Below, in pieces: positions 1-12,771 of a stretch of DNA of 64,000 nt. The position numbers and the translations under genes were made by a program. The DNA is taken from contig OX597817.1 in the NCBI GenBank assembly GCA_951406725.2, positions 78,182,001-78,246,000 on the forward strand. The letters run 5' to 3'. How positions within the stretch are numbered: the stretch's first letter is position 1; every line of letters begins with the position of its first letter. Source of the DNA: Octopus vulgaris. Its lineage: Eukaryota. The notes below the pieces were generated by a model that searched no databases, was not told the origin of the DNA, and saw only the letters and a program-made list of their open reading frames with translations.

Positions 1-429
1 CTCTCTCTCTCTGTCAGTTACTCTCTTTAATATTCACTTTTTTGCAGACAAACACTGATACACTGTATCCCTTCCCTCAGTCTCTCTCTTTCTCATTCTC
101 TCTCTGTCAATCCTTCTCTCGCTCCCTCCCTCTCTCTCACTCACCCCCTTACCACTGCCATTCTCATTAACAGCTCTGCATCAAACCTGAAACCATCGCA
201 ATATACTGATTCACTTAAATCTTCATCTTTTGTTCATTTACTCAGCTTACCTCCCCCTCCCCCAGAATCATATACAGACTCCTTCTCTTCTCTTCTTCCT
301 TTTCTTCTTCGTCATACGTCTCTTCCTCTCCCTCCTCTCCCTTTTTCCTCCTTCTCATCACCCATACTCACACATCAACTTAATGCAGTGGAAAGGTGTG
401 AACAAAAGTGTCAAATCTATGCATGAATG

Positions 430-1050
430 CACACGCGCTCTCACACACACACACACACATGCATACACACATATACACAAATTTATGTGCACATACACAT
501 TCAGATACATATACACATACTCAAATTTATACATACACACATTCACATTCAAACATACACTCATATGTGTACACATGCATTCACACATGCTGACATTCAA
601 ACATACATGCACACACATTCAAACACACACAGACACACTCTCAAAATATATATACACAATGCTGAACACACAATCAAGCATTCATATACATATACACACT
701 CTTGCACACACACGATCGAGCATACAGATATACACAGAGTTAAACACACACGCACACACACATAGTCAAACATAGATGCACATTCATAAACACACTCACT
801 CAAACACACACATATACACTCAAATAAACAGACACATTCAAACATACACATACTCAAACATACACATACACACTCAAGCACACATATATATACTCTCAAA
901 CACTCAGATACACTTAAACATGCACACACACTCAAACACACACACACTCCAATATGCACACACACACACACACACTCAAACACACACACATACACTCACA
1001 CTTTCACACATACACCCACATGTACATAACTATGCATACACATGTTTCTA
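430..1050. repeat. Degenerate (CA)n/(CATA)n low-complexity tract
   Basis: Continuous CA/TA dinucleotide-derived sequence; source of the His/Thr-rich spurious ORFs. Confidence 0.95.
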
Positions 1051-1479
1051 CTAACCCGATGTGATGCCGTGAAAGGCTCTATTATAATTATCTAATTAGA
1101 CCTCTGCAAATGCCTTGATTACAGGATGGTTTTCCCCGACCCCTCACCCCACCCTGCACACTCCTTCCCACTCACCCACCCTCACAAACTCATCTCTGCA
1201 ACTGCATCCCATTGCGATCGTGGCACTGAATTCTGAAGCTGCAACGAAATTCTGTGTGAAGGAAATTAAGATTGCACTAATTAGCTATAAGAGAACCATA
1301 TTCGGTTGATGCACATCACTGCTGCAGCTGACACCCCCACAAATTCACCACTGCCACTGCTGTGTTTCCCCACCATTGCCACAACTGCCACCACCCTGCC
1401 ACCGTCACCGCCACCATCAACACTGCCACCACCACTCCTTGTTTCACAGTTTTGTTTTCTAGCTTTGTGCATGTGTGTG

Positions 1480-1530
<51 letters not shown>

Positions 1531-1747
1531 GCAGATAGATAAATAGATATATATGAATATATATATTGTATATATACATATAAATATATATATATATATA
1601 CATATATATATACGTATATACACATATATACATATATATATACATATGTTTATATATATATGTGTGTATATATATATACATTGATAGATAAATATATATA
1701 TCTATATATATATATATCTGCACACATACACCAGATGCATATATATA

Positions 1748-1850
<103 letters not shown>

Positions 1851-2470
1851 TATATATGCATGCATACACCATATGCAAATACATGGAAATACACATACCA
1901 GTGTATGAATACACACACACACATGCATACTTATGTATTGAAATGTTAGAAATAGCATAGACAATGAATAACATGATAAAAATGTTGTATTTGTCTGATG
2001 GTGAATGAATGAAGAAAAGAAATGCTTGACATCGCACTTATTTGTCCTTCACCAAAAAGGAAAAACAGAGGGAAGAAGAAGAAAAGAAAGAAAAATGAAA
2101 CAAATTACTCCATGTGTATTTATGAGAAGGCCATGTTTTTGTATCAAATATATATGTATTTCTGTGTTAGAAAGAGAGTTAACTTTGATTAAGTAGTACT
2201 ATGATGAAAAATATGGTAGTCATTTCAATCGTTTATTTTTATATATCAGAAAACAGTGGGATTAAATTATATGTACTCAGAAAAAAAATCCCCATTTGAA
2301 TGAACTTAATAAAGACAAAGATTAATATAACTCAGCCAGAGAGCAAATACTGAATCTGTAGAAAAGGGAATGAAAGTAAGGCCATAAATTTAAAAAGAAA
2401 AAAGTGGCAAGTAAAAAGAAAAAAAGCGAGACTATATGAAACCTTAGAACATCATAAGCATTGTATTTCA

Positions 2471-2685
2471 GGTGGCAGATGGGAAAACTGGAACCACTCC
2501 AGACAAAATGTCTAGTGGCATTTCTTCTGTCTCTTTACACTGGTTTCAAAAGCTGCTGAGGTCAACTTTGCCTTTTGTCCTTTCAGGGTCAATGATACAA
2601 GTACAAGCTGAGTACTAAAGTAATGTAACCGACTTGCCGCTTCTCTCAAAAATGTTGACCTTATGCCAAAATTAGAAAGAATTAT
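2471..2685 (+). mobile_element. SINE family A (tRNA-like head), diverged copy
   Basis: Central box gaggtcaactttgccttttgtcctttcagggtcaatgatacaagtac matches the younger copies at 12032 and 29758. Confidence 0.8.
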
Positions 2686-2789
2686 CCACTTTGTAGTAAT
2701 TGTTAGAATTTAGAAAATCTCTGGTTTAGAATTATAAATGAAAATAATAAGAGCTGGTATAATTTTATTTATTGAAATTAATCCAATGA

Positions 2790-3315
2790 ATTTTGAAACT
2801 AATTTTACATGGAACATTGAAAATGAAAAGAAATACCTTCAAATTGTTAATCAGATTAACGATATTAAAGATGAGCATAAATTAATAATGTAGAAATAAA
2901 TTTAGTAAAAAAAAATTACTGAATATCAAAAGGAATGATTTCTAAGTTTATTAGAAACTAAAACAAGAAAGCTGAGGAAGTGTTAAAAAATCATTAGCAG
3001 GCTCTACAGAAACAGTAATGTTTCTATAAAGAAAACAAATGATTCATCTTTAAGCCTAAAATGTTTTCACTGGGAGCCGAACAAAAGCAAAACAAGCTAG
3101 ATACATGTAAGCATTGAGAAAATAGCAAAGTTCTAAGGAAATGTGTATGCCATAAAAGAAGACCATAGATAAAAAAAGAAAACAAGGGAGTGACAAACAA
3201 AAAAAATATAGACTATATAAAACTTTAGAACAAAGCTGTGAAGGTGTAAAAAACCAGTGAGTTACCCAGATACTGGAACTTACCAACAAGTGAAAGCTTC
3301 CTAATATTGACAAAC
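2790..3315 (+). pseudogene. Highly decayed R4/Dong-like (restriction-like endonuclease) LINE ORF fragment, region upstream of the RT
   Basis: Broken translation LLET-KQE...FYKENK*FIFKPKMF...TNK*KLPNID resembles the IExLKQ..FYxQNxxFxxNPKxFY..NWKxPGxD motifs; many frameshifts. Confidence 0.45.
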
Positions 3316-4216
3316 TACAAAAAAATTCCTGTTGAAATGGTACCTATCTATAAAGTATTTGCAAAGATATTTTATGCTTGCCTTAAAAAAATGTCCTCTC
3401 TTTCTCTCCTCATCTAAGAAAAAAGAATTAGTTTTGTTCATCACTAGCCAAAACAAAATAACAAAATTAAAAAAAACGATCTTCATTTCTCAATAATAAT
3501 GAAATAATAAAAAACACACACAAATGAAAAATAAATAGCAGAACACTGAACATTGGAATTACTGACTATCTACAGTCTATAAAACTTTCATATTGATCCT
3601 AGCACAGAGGTGAAATGCTCACCAGGGAAAAATAATACCTTGTCAGAAGAGGGGAAAAAAATAACAAGCTAACAAAACAATAACAGTACCAACAAAAAAT
3701 GTCATAAAAAAAGCAAAACAAAACATTCTTTGGCTGTAAGACCAGTTATTAATTAACAAAGCCTTCATTGAAGCTAGCTGGAAAAGAAGGGGGATAAAAC
3801 AAAAAAAAAGGTATGAAAGAAGGGGGACAAAACAAAAAAAAAGTAAGAAAGAAGAATGAAGAAAAAGAAAAGTCTGTGGGGAAAGTATGGATGACTAGTA
3901 GAAAACTTTTGATGGATTCTGGAAACATTAACCATGGGTAAGGCTGTAGCAACAATAATTATTCGGTGACTAACTACAAGAAAAACAAAATAGAAAAAAA
4001 AGTCTTGTGAGTAAATAAATATTTGCTGTAACACACTCAGCCACGCATGGCATAATGGATGTAAACCAAACAAACAGACACATACACACACTCTCACACC
4101 TACCTACATACATACACAGATACTCACGTGCCTGCATACACACATATTCACACATGTACATATTTACATACATATATATATATGTATGCATGTATGTATA
4201 TATGGATGTATGTATG

Positions 4217-4251
<35 letters not shown>

Positions 4252-5156
4252 GAAGAGAGAGAGAGAAAGAGAGAGAGAGATAGACAGATAGATAGATTAA
4301 ATATTTATGTGCATAGAGAGTATAAAGACATACCATAGTGCATACACTGATATTAAGATTTTCATTATTCTACCTTCACCCTCACTTTCACCTTCCTCTA
4401 TCTCTTGGCATACATGCTACAAGAGGGTCTCTCAAGGCTAATAATGCAGTATTCAGGGTTCTAACAAGGCAGCCATGTTAATCTGGATATAATGTTTACC
4501 TTATACACACACACGCACATATATATATATGCACATATGCATGTATGTGTGTGTATATATATATATATATATGCACATATGCATGTATGTGTGTATATAT
4601 ATATATATATATATGCACATATGCATGTATGTGTATATATATATATATATATATGATGTATGTATCTATATTTATATATGCATGCATGTGTATATATATA
4701 TATATATGTGTGTGTCTATGTATCTGTGTACATGTACACATATGGAGCAGGCATGTTGTGTACCTGCATGTAATTAAAAGGTTTGATAAAAGGGAGGGCA
4801 TCCAAGCATTAAACACAGCCTCAATATTACATCTAACCCGTGACAGTATAGAAATGTAAACATAAAGTGGAGATAATGCTAAACATTATTTTCTCTCAGA
4901 AATATGAGAAAGACTTCACAATACATGTAAGTAGAATTTCTAAGAAGTGTTTCTAAGAAGTTGATAGTTCTCTTTTTTACTATACAGAGGTTCCTGCTTG
5001 GTGTATTCTTGTAGGCAAGGATTAAACATAAATGCTGAAGAGAACAGCAAAATAGTTTGAGCATTATTTTCATTGGACACTTCAGTCCATAAGATATTGA
5101 TGTAGATTATTACTGATGTGTGTGATTGTACTATTATTGGGATATTATTGTTGGGG

Positions 5157-5380
5157 GCAGGTGGAGGCCTGGTAGAATTGTTAGCACACCAGGCTAGATG
5201 CTTAACAGTATTTCATCTGTCTATATGTTCTGAGTTCAAATTCTACTGGGGTCACCTTTGGCTTTCACCCATTTGGGGTCGATAAAATAAATACCAGTTG
5301 AGCACAGGTGTGAATGTAAATTAACTTAACCACTCTCTTGAAATTACTGGCCTTGTGCCAAAATTTGAAACCAATATTAT
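5157..5380 (+). mobile_element. SINE family A
   Basis: ggtagaattgttagcacaccagg...gttctgagttcaaattc...ggggtcgataaaataaataccagtt...ggccttgtgccaaaatttgaaacc. Confidence 0.9.
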
Positions 5381-5499
5381 TGTCCGGGGCTTTGAATAGA
5401 GATAGTACCTATGGTGTCTTGTAGCTGCACCTTGTCAGGGATTTGGTGATAGACATCATTTTAATGGCTCCTAATGCCACACCCTGGTATCTCTCTTCC

Positions 5500-5830
5500 C
5501 CTGGTGATGATGTGAACACTGCATCAGTAAGTGAAGGACATCAGGTAAGAATTCCTAAGTAGTCACTGGCTAAAATGGAGGAACCTGCTCCAGTCAAAGG
5601 CCAAGTGTTCTAGGCCAAGATGTGCCTTAGGTAGAGGCATATGATTGTAACTAACAATTTGGAGAGGAATGGGCACCACCAAGTAAACCTGCTCTTGATA
5701 CATTCATGATAATGACAACCAGACAAGATGCCATAGTGATCAGTTGTCAGCTGGGTTACTGACTCACAAAGGAAAGCAAAAGACCAAGCGGTGTGACAAA
5801 ATCTGGTTGCAACATCATCAATTTTAAGCC
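5500..5830 (+). mobile_element. Decayed RTE-type LINE 3' end
   Basis: Terminal peptide AKDQAV*QNLVAT resembles the AxDRxxWRxLV end of RTE ORFs. Confidence 0.4.
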
Positions 5831-5916
5831 TAGAATCTGTTGACAGAGGAATTGACATCAAAGTCACTGCCTGTAACTGAGTGATTTTCAGAGAAGAAGA
5901 AATGTAGACAAGCACA

Positions 5917-5996
<80 letters not shown>

Positions 5997-6054
5997 CACA
6001 CACATATGTGCATGTGTGCATGAATGCATATACTTACATAAATGTATACACTCA

Positions 6055-6225
6055 CTATCAACTGAATTGATCTGAGTACTTGAGTTGTATTTCATTTCCT
6101 CAACCCCAGAGTGACAGAAAGTAAAGATGACTACAATGAAATGTGAACTGAAAATAGAGATATAGTTAATAACTGGAGAGCATTTTTTTCCCTGTTAGTG
6201 TACTTATCCTGCTATCGACTGCCAT
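6055..6225 (-). mobile_element. SINE family A, very diverged
   Basis: aaccccagagtgacagaaagtaaagatgac...tgtgaactgaaa matches the reverse complement of the family A central and B-box region. Confidence 0.55.
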
Positions 6226-7037
6226 TATTGAACCGTTTTTCAATCAGTGATAACTTGCATAAAAACTTTAACCATACTAATATAGTATTCCAGAATAGTC
6301 TTCAAAATAAGGCTAAATTTATCGGATAAACACATGAACTCTAACGAATTTTAAAATTTTGAAATATCATTATTGAATTCAATGTAAATTAAAATTTGTT
6401 TTTTTTTTAATAGTTATTATAAAACACCAATTTGAGTTCAATTGCAATATGAGATGTGAAAACTTCTTTCATTTTATGAGAACTTATCACTTAGAAAATT
6501 ATTTTCTTTCCATCTCTTCTTTGTCTTATGTTATCCATATTCAGTTTTAAATTCATGAATATGATCTTCAATCAATCATATTTTAATCAATAATTGATTG
6601 ATAACTCTCAACATCATTTCAATTTGAAATAGTAAAAACTAAAACCAAAACCTGATGAGAAAAAATATCAAATTAAATATCATAGAATTTGTTATTTTGC
6701 ATCCTTTTACAGTTAAGCATTGTAATTCTTAAGAACCATACAGATATAGATATTGACTGTAAAACCATTTACTAAGTTAAAAATGCCAAACTACAATAGT
6801 CAGTTACGGTCAGTAAAAGGGAAATGCTAGTGGCAAATGTAATCTGCCGTAAATATGCTTTATAAAGATACATCTGGCATCACATGTGCTATGATTATGT
6901 AGAATGTTAATTTGTTGTAAGAAGGTTTTCTTTGTATATAAATTTTCAAATGTTTATATGTATATCTGAGACCTACATTTAGTCTGCATATTTATCATTG
7001 CTATTTATATCATGAGATATTAATAATAGTTGTTACT

Positions 7038-7069
<32 letters not shown>

Positions 7070-7740
7070 GAATATTCTTGTTGTTGTCGATTTTCTTGAA
7101 ACTGTTTTATCTTCTTTTTACACTTTCATATATGTTCTTCTCAGTTGCTTTGGGATATTTCAAAACAGAGAATTCCTTTGCCTGTGTTTAACGAACAAGC
7201 ATAAAACATACATAATTTAAAATTAAAAACACAAAGGCAAAACACACATTCACACACATACAGCAATCACCATAAAATTAATACACAACATTTCATACAG
7301 GAAAAACAAACATGAGAGCAAAAGTAATGTAAAAAAAGAAATAATACAAGAAAGTAAACCAAAGAATAAAATAAAACTTAACATACAAGCCGTAAAAGAA
7401 ACAATACGACAGAAGAAAACTGTAAACGTTTATAAGCTACGTTTGTGGTTAAATAGTGCTTGTAGGAATAATGCTAACATTATTAAATCTTAAAAACATT
7501 TTGCTTAATTTTCAATATATAATCAGGAACCCTAAAGTATTCCTTTTATTTAACAGGTTTTTTCAAAAATTTTCCTTTCAAATTTCATTAAAATCTTCAG
7601 TAAAATGTATGTGTAAAAATTAAGACTACATACAGCTCTTGATTCAATGAAAACTTTTGAAACAACTTTATAACAGAAGTAGCACAAATGTAAAAATGAA
7701 AATAATACTTGAAAGGTCATAGTTAACAATGCATAGACTA

Positions 7741-7796
<56 letters not shown>

Positions 7797-7909
7797 CAGT
7801 TGTAAATAAAATATCCATCAGCATGAGTGTAAGTAATGTATGCTTATGTTATATTAATTACATATGTACACATATGTATGTATGTATGTATGTATGTATC
7901 TATCTATGC

Positions 7910-7965
<56 letters not shown>

Positions 7966-7994
7966 GTCTATCTATCTATCTGTCTGTCTATCTA

Positions 7995-8050
<56 letters not shown>

Positions 8051-8363
8051 TAATAGGTAGATGAAATTGAGGTACATTACTTCAGTCTACTTGATTAATA
8101 AAGGTAGAATGAGATATTTTTACCTCTTGGCTGAAACAGCTGTAAGTTATTTTCCCAATTTATATTCATGTATGTTATTTTGTAATAATTACTGATATCA
8201 TTATATATTAATATATTTTATGTCTTATATGTAAAGCATAATATGTTAAATATGTATGTATATTATTGTAATTGTCAGTTTAGTAAATAAATAAATAAGT
8301 TAACATAGTATAATGTCTAAAAGTTGATGAACCACCTATTGATCCCCTCTATTTTCTTATTGC

Positions 8364-8394
<31 letters not shown>

Positions 8395-8399
8395 ATGTG

Positions 8400-8437
<38 letters not shown>

Positions 8438-8438
<1 letters not shown>

Positions 8439-9221
8439 CAATTGAGGATAAAATCTTTAAAAGAAATTATCAGTAGTCAGCGTGAAAACCTCGTAAGAGA
8501 AAAAATCCGTAAATTCTTCCTCTTTGAAAATATTCATTTATATTATATTGAGGGTACTACTATTCGTATACCAACACGCTAAGAGGGACCAATGCAGTCA
8601 AAACTACTAAAAATAAAAAATTTACCGAATGCAAAACTTCAAAACACATCATTTTAAAAAAGAATTCAGTTACATATCACATGTGATTTCGCATTTAATG
8701 CAGAATATGCATTTCATGTTCGTCAGTGCAACAAACTCAAGAAATATAAGAAAAAACATAACATTACAAACTCGATAGCCAACCGTAGAATTCGTCGTAG
8801 CATGTACGAATGTTTATCCTTACATATCTATGAAAATGGCGGGCTTTTTTGCAATGCATTTCGGTAACAAATTGCCTAGTCAGAATAAAAATTCAGTATT
8901 GAACTATTCCGGTGAAAAATATAAATTAACAATTGAGGATAAAATCTTTAAAAGAAATTATCAGTAGTCAGCGTGAAAAACCTCGTAAGAGAAAAAATCC
9001 GTAAATTCTTCCTTTTTGAAAATATTCATTTATATTATATTGAGGGTACTACTATTCGTAGATACCAACACGCTAAGAGGGACCAATGCGGTTTTTTAAA
9101 ATGATGTGTTTTGAAGTTTTGCATTCGGTAAAATTTTGTTTATTTTTAGTAGTTTTGACCGCATTGGTCCCTCTTAGCGTGTTGGTATCTATGAATAGTA
9201 GTACCCTCAATATAAAATAAA
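8438..9221 (-). mobile_element. Non-autonomous Penelope-like/retrozyme-like cassette: 491-bp period partial tandem plus inverted copy, flanked by (TA)n
   Basis: Direct repeat 8438-8598 / 8929-9092; 9092-9221 is the reverse complement of about 8538-8661; contains the hammerhead at 8669-8732. Confidence 0.75.
8669..8732 (-). ncRNA. Type I hammerhead ribozyme motif, intact core
   Basis: Minus strand: guugca CUGACGA acaugaaaugca-uauuc-ugcauuaaaugc GAAA ucacauguga UA uguaac. Stem I is 6 bp, helix III is palindromic, and the base of stem II has an A:C mismatch. Confidence 0.8.
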
Positions 9222-9499
9222 AATAATAATATATATATATATATAAAGCAAATAAGTAACAAGGATATCAAGGTATTAATGCATTACAGCTGTTTCAGAT
9301 GGCTCTATTTAATCAATTAATGCAAGCATTATATCAATTTGAAATACACTGCCTTCCTTGGATGCATAAGACAATATAGGTTTTTAACATACAGGATACT
9401 CCATTATAATTTCTTTACCAAATTTTTCATCAGAACTAGAGAATAAAAGAATTACATTCCTGCTGCTATTAGTGTAGCAGAATGAACTTAAAGAGAAAG

Positions 9500-9533
<34 letters not shown>

Positions 9534-9625
9534 AATGAGATAGGGGTTGAAAATTCAACCCACCATGGGATAATATATATCCAATATACTGCTAGATAGT
9601 ATGTTTCTCCATTCTCAATTTTGTA

Positions 9626-9708
<83 letters not shown>

Positions 9709-9789
9709 CATATGTGTGTGTGTATATATATATATATAAATAAAAGGGCTGCCTGGCCGCATAACCGAAAAATTAGAAATAGCAGTCAA

Positions 9790-9830
<41 letters not shown>

Positions 9831-9834
<4 letters not shown>

Positions 9835-10669
9835 GGGCGGTGAATAAACTGTCCTCTAAATTAAGCGAAAATAAAAATAACACTGAGATATCATTTTAAC
9901 AGATATATCTACCAAAATTATATAAAAATATCTTGAAATACTAAAAAGTAAATTTATTCATGAAAATCGCCATTGGCTTCAACCATAGCCTCCAGATGAC
10001 TTTGGAATCTTCTGCAACTCTTCTGGACAGTTTCCTTGTCTAAGATGGTGAATGGTGCCATAATCATTGCTTTCAGTTCATCTTTGCTGTTTGAAGGAGT
10101 TTTGATAGTCTCTCGCTCAACTGTGCCCCACACATAATAATTAAGGGGGTTGCAGTCTGGAGAGTTAAGTGGCCAGATGATAGGGAGTGATGTAGTTGTA
10201 GAAATTGCCTCACAGCCTTGACTGTGTTCCACTGATTTTGTGGCATGGTGCAGAGTCTTGTTGCTAGACACAGGGCCTTCCAGCAACCACCCTCTTTACC
10301 CAGAGCAGCACTATCTCCTCCAAGCACTTGATGTAGACCTCTGTGTTGAGTGTGATGCAGTGTGAGAAGATGAATGGAGGCATAACATCACCATCACTAG
10401 TGTTCACTCTAAACACCATGATGTTGACTAGATGTTTGATTTTTATCACTCTTGGTACATGTCCTCAGATTGCACTGTCCTTATATTGACACCCAAACAC
10501 TCTGAAATGTTTGTATTGGATTTCCAGCATGACTGTCAAGCAGTACAGCATTTTGTTTCCAAATTTTTGACAGAGTGAATCATCTCATGCTACTGTTTTT
10601 CTCACAGACGGTGCCCAACGGATCCTACTATATTTAGATGACAAAATCAAAAACAAACAATGCACCCTG
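9831..10669 (-). mobile_element. Tc1/mariner DD37D (maT-like) transposon, internally deleted and frameshifted
   Basis: QQDSAPCH...WPLNSPDCNPLNYYVWG in broken frames; TA at both flanks; same family as 43772-44610. Confidence 0.9.
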
Positions 10670-10687
10670 TATGTATACATATATATA

Positions 10688-10851
10688 AATTAATCGAAAA
10701 TGAAAATAACATTGATATATCATTTTAACAGACATATTTACCGAAATTATATTAAAATATCTTGAAATACTAAAGAGTAAATTCATTTATGAAAATCGCC
10801 ATTGGCTTTAGCCCTGGCTTCCAGATGACTTTGGAATCTTCTGCAACTCTT
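10688..10851 (-). mobile_element. Second 3'-terminal fragment of the same DD37D family
   Basis: Repeats about 9860-10021 (gaaaatcgccattggctt...ccagatgactttggaatcttctgcaactct). Confidence 0.9.
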
Positions 10852-10869
10852 ACATTTTACCAATGGCCC

Positions 10870-10930
10870 GATAACTGAAGAGATGGCGGTGTGGATTTCC
10901 ACCTCGGCATCTGAAACTCAGAGTTTTATT
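10870..10930 (+). ncRNA. Type I hammerhead ribozyme motif
   Basis: gauaa CUGAAGA gaug...gugga..uccaccucggcauc u GAAA cucagag UU uuauu. Long stem II, quasi-palindromic helix III, one extra U before GAAA. Confidence 0.7.
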
Positions 10931-11261
10931 ATGGCTACCGAATAATTGTCACATATTACTTTTGCAGATGAAAGGTGTTTGTTTTCTAATTTTTTATATA
11001 TATATTATATTGTGTGAAATTCGATTTAATATTTCTAAATTGACTTTTTTTCCTTGTAAGTTTGGATTTTATTCCCTCAAATAATAATTATATATATTTA
11101 TATATATATACATGCATATATATATATATATGTATGTATACACATATACATATATATATATATATATATACATATATATATACACATATACATACACACA
11201 CACACATATATATATATATACACATATACATATATACACATATACATATATACATATATAC

Positions 11262-11311
<50 letters not shown>

Positions 11312-11639
11312 TGTATGAGAGGGAGAGCAGATAGATAATGAAGAACTGAATCCGAAATCTTTAAAGCATAACAAACAGAATTGTAAGAATGCAACCCCTG
11401 TAGAAGAGGTTTTGGAAAATTTTAAATTCAATGATTTTCAAATAAGTTTAGGCTAAAATGAAAAGGGAAGAACACATTGAAGACTATAATCTGAAATACA
11501 GAATACCTCTGCAAAAGGAAATGGTCTTAACAATGATTGGTACGTTTTTTTCAGCCTAGCATGTCAAATTGCTTATTTGCCCAATGATTTTGTTATTAGA
11601 GGCTCACTTACATATTCACATGTAACACACCACATATAC

Positions 11640-11800
11640 GTGTATATACACCGCATTACAGTGATGTAAGAAGAGAAAGATGTCATCCCACTTACATCAA
11701 CAGCTTGATTGTAGACACTGGACTGGAACATAACCAGGACCTTGAAGTAGTGATGATGGACCGAGAAGTGTGGCAAGTAGACCTTGTTGCTGTGGACTCA
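11640..11800 (+). mobile_element. RTE-type LINE 3' end
   Basis: Translation TYINSLIVDTGLEHNQDLEVVMMDREVWQV, the typical TYIDxLxxDTG..MxDRxxW terminus. Confidence 0.65.
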
Positions 11801-11819
11801 GCCATAATAATAATGAAGT

Positions 11820-11935
11820 ATTTTAGACTACATTATATCACCACTGAAAGTACACTGACTTGGGATTTATCTTTACCATAAAGTTTGAGGTCATCCATGC
11901 ATAACAAGTGGTTGACTCTTTGTTGTACTCTTCCC

Positions 11936-11937
<2 letters not shown>
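11820..11937 (-). pseudogene. R4/Dong-like LINE reverse-transcriptase fragment
   Basis: ORF 11833..12096 contains RVNHLLCMDDLKLYGK (consensus INHLLYMDDLKLY); abuts a (TAA)n tract. Confidence 0.75.
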
Positions 11938-12023
<86 letters not shown>

Positions 12024-12030
12024 CATCATC
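11937..12030. repeat. (TTA)n microsatellite
   Basis: About 28 perfect units followed by (TCA)3. Confidence 0.99.
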
Positions 12031-12031
12031 A

Positions 12032-12543
12032 AGGTGGCAAGCTGGCAGAATCATTAGCACACCGGATGAAATGCTTAGCAGTATTTCAGCTGCCACTACA
12101 TTCTGAGTTCAAATTCTGCCAAGACCAACTTTGCCTTTAATCCTTTCGGGGTTGATAAATTAAGTACCAGTTAGGCACTGGGGTCGATATATTCGACTTA
12201 ATCCGTTTGTCTGTCCTTGCTGGTCCTCTCTGTGTTTAGCCCCTTGTGGGTAGTAAAGAAATAGGTATTTCACCTGCCACTACATTCTGAGTTCAAATTC
12301 CGCCGAGGTCAACTTTGCCTTTCATCCTTTTGGAGTTGATAAATTAAGTACCAGTTACACACTGGGGTCGATATATTCGACTTAATCCGTTTGTCTGTCC
12401 TTGCTTGTCCTCTCTGTGTTTAGCCCCTTGTGGGTAGTAAGGAAATAGGTATTTCACCTGCCACTACATTCTGAGTTCAAATTCCACTGGGGTCTACTTT
12501 GTCTTTCATCCTTTCGGGACCAATAAAATAAGTACCAGTTGAC
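12032..12543 (+). mobile_element. SINE family A with a 184-bp internal unit repeated about 2.5 times
   Basis: gtatttca(g/c)ctgccactacattctgagttcaaattc recurs at 12081, 12265 and 12449. Confidence 0.95.
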
Positions 12544-12690
12544 CAAAGTCTACTTGCCACGCTTCCCAATCCACTATCACAGCCTCAAGGCCCTGTATAC
12601 TTTCCAGGCCAGTGTCTGCAATCAAGTTATCAATGAAAATGTGATGACATTTTCCTCCTCTTACATCGCCATAAAGTGGGTTCCATGAGA
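12543..12690 (-). mobile_element. RTE-type LINE 3' end, inverted relative of 11640-11800
   Basis: caaagtctacttgccacgctt...ccagtgtctgcaatcaagtt...tcttacatcgcc is the diverged reverse complement of 11660-11787. Confidence 0.75.
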
Positions 12691-12771
12691 CAAATATGAA
12701 TGCTTCCCATTCAAGTTGGCATCTTAAACTCTGTTGATTGAATAATCAAACGATTTGTCAAAACATCGGTT

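Noticed and set aside
12081-12543. CRISPR-like periodicity
   Set aside because: Tandem SINE units without unique spacers, in a eukaryotic context.
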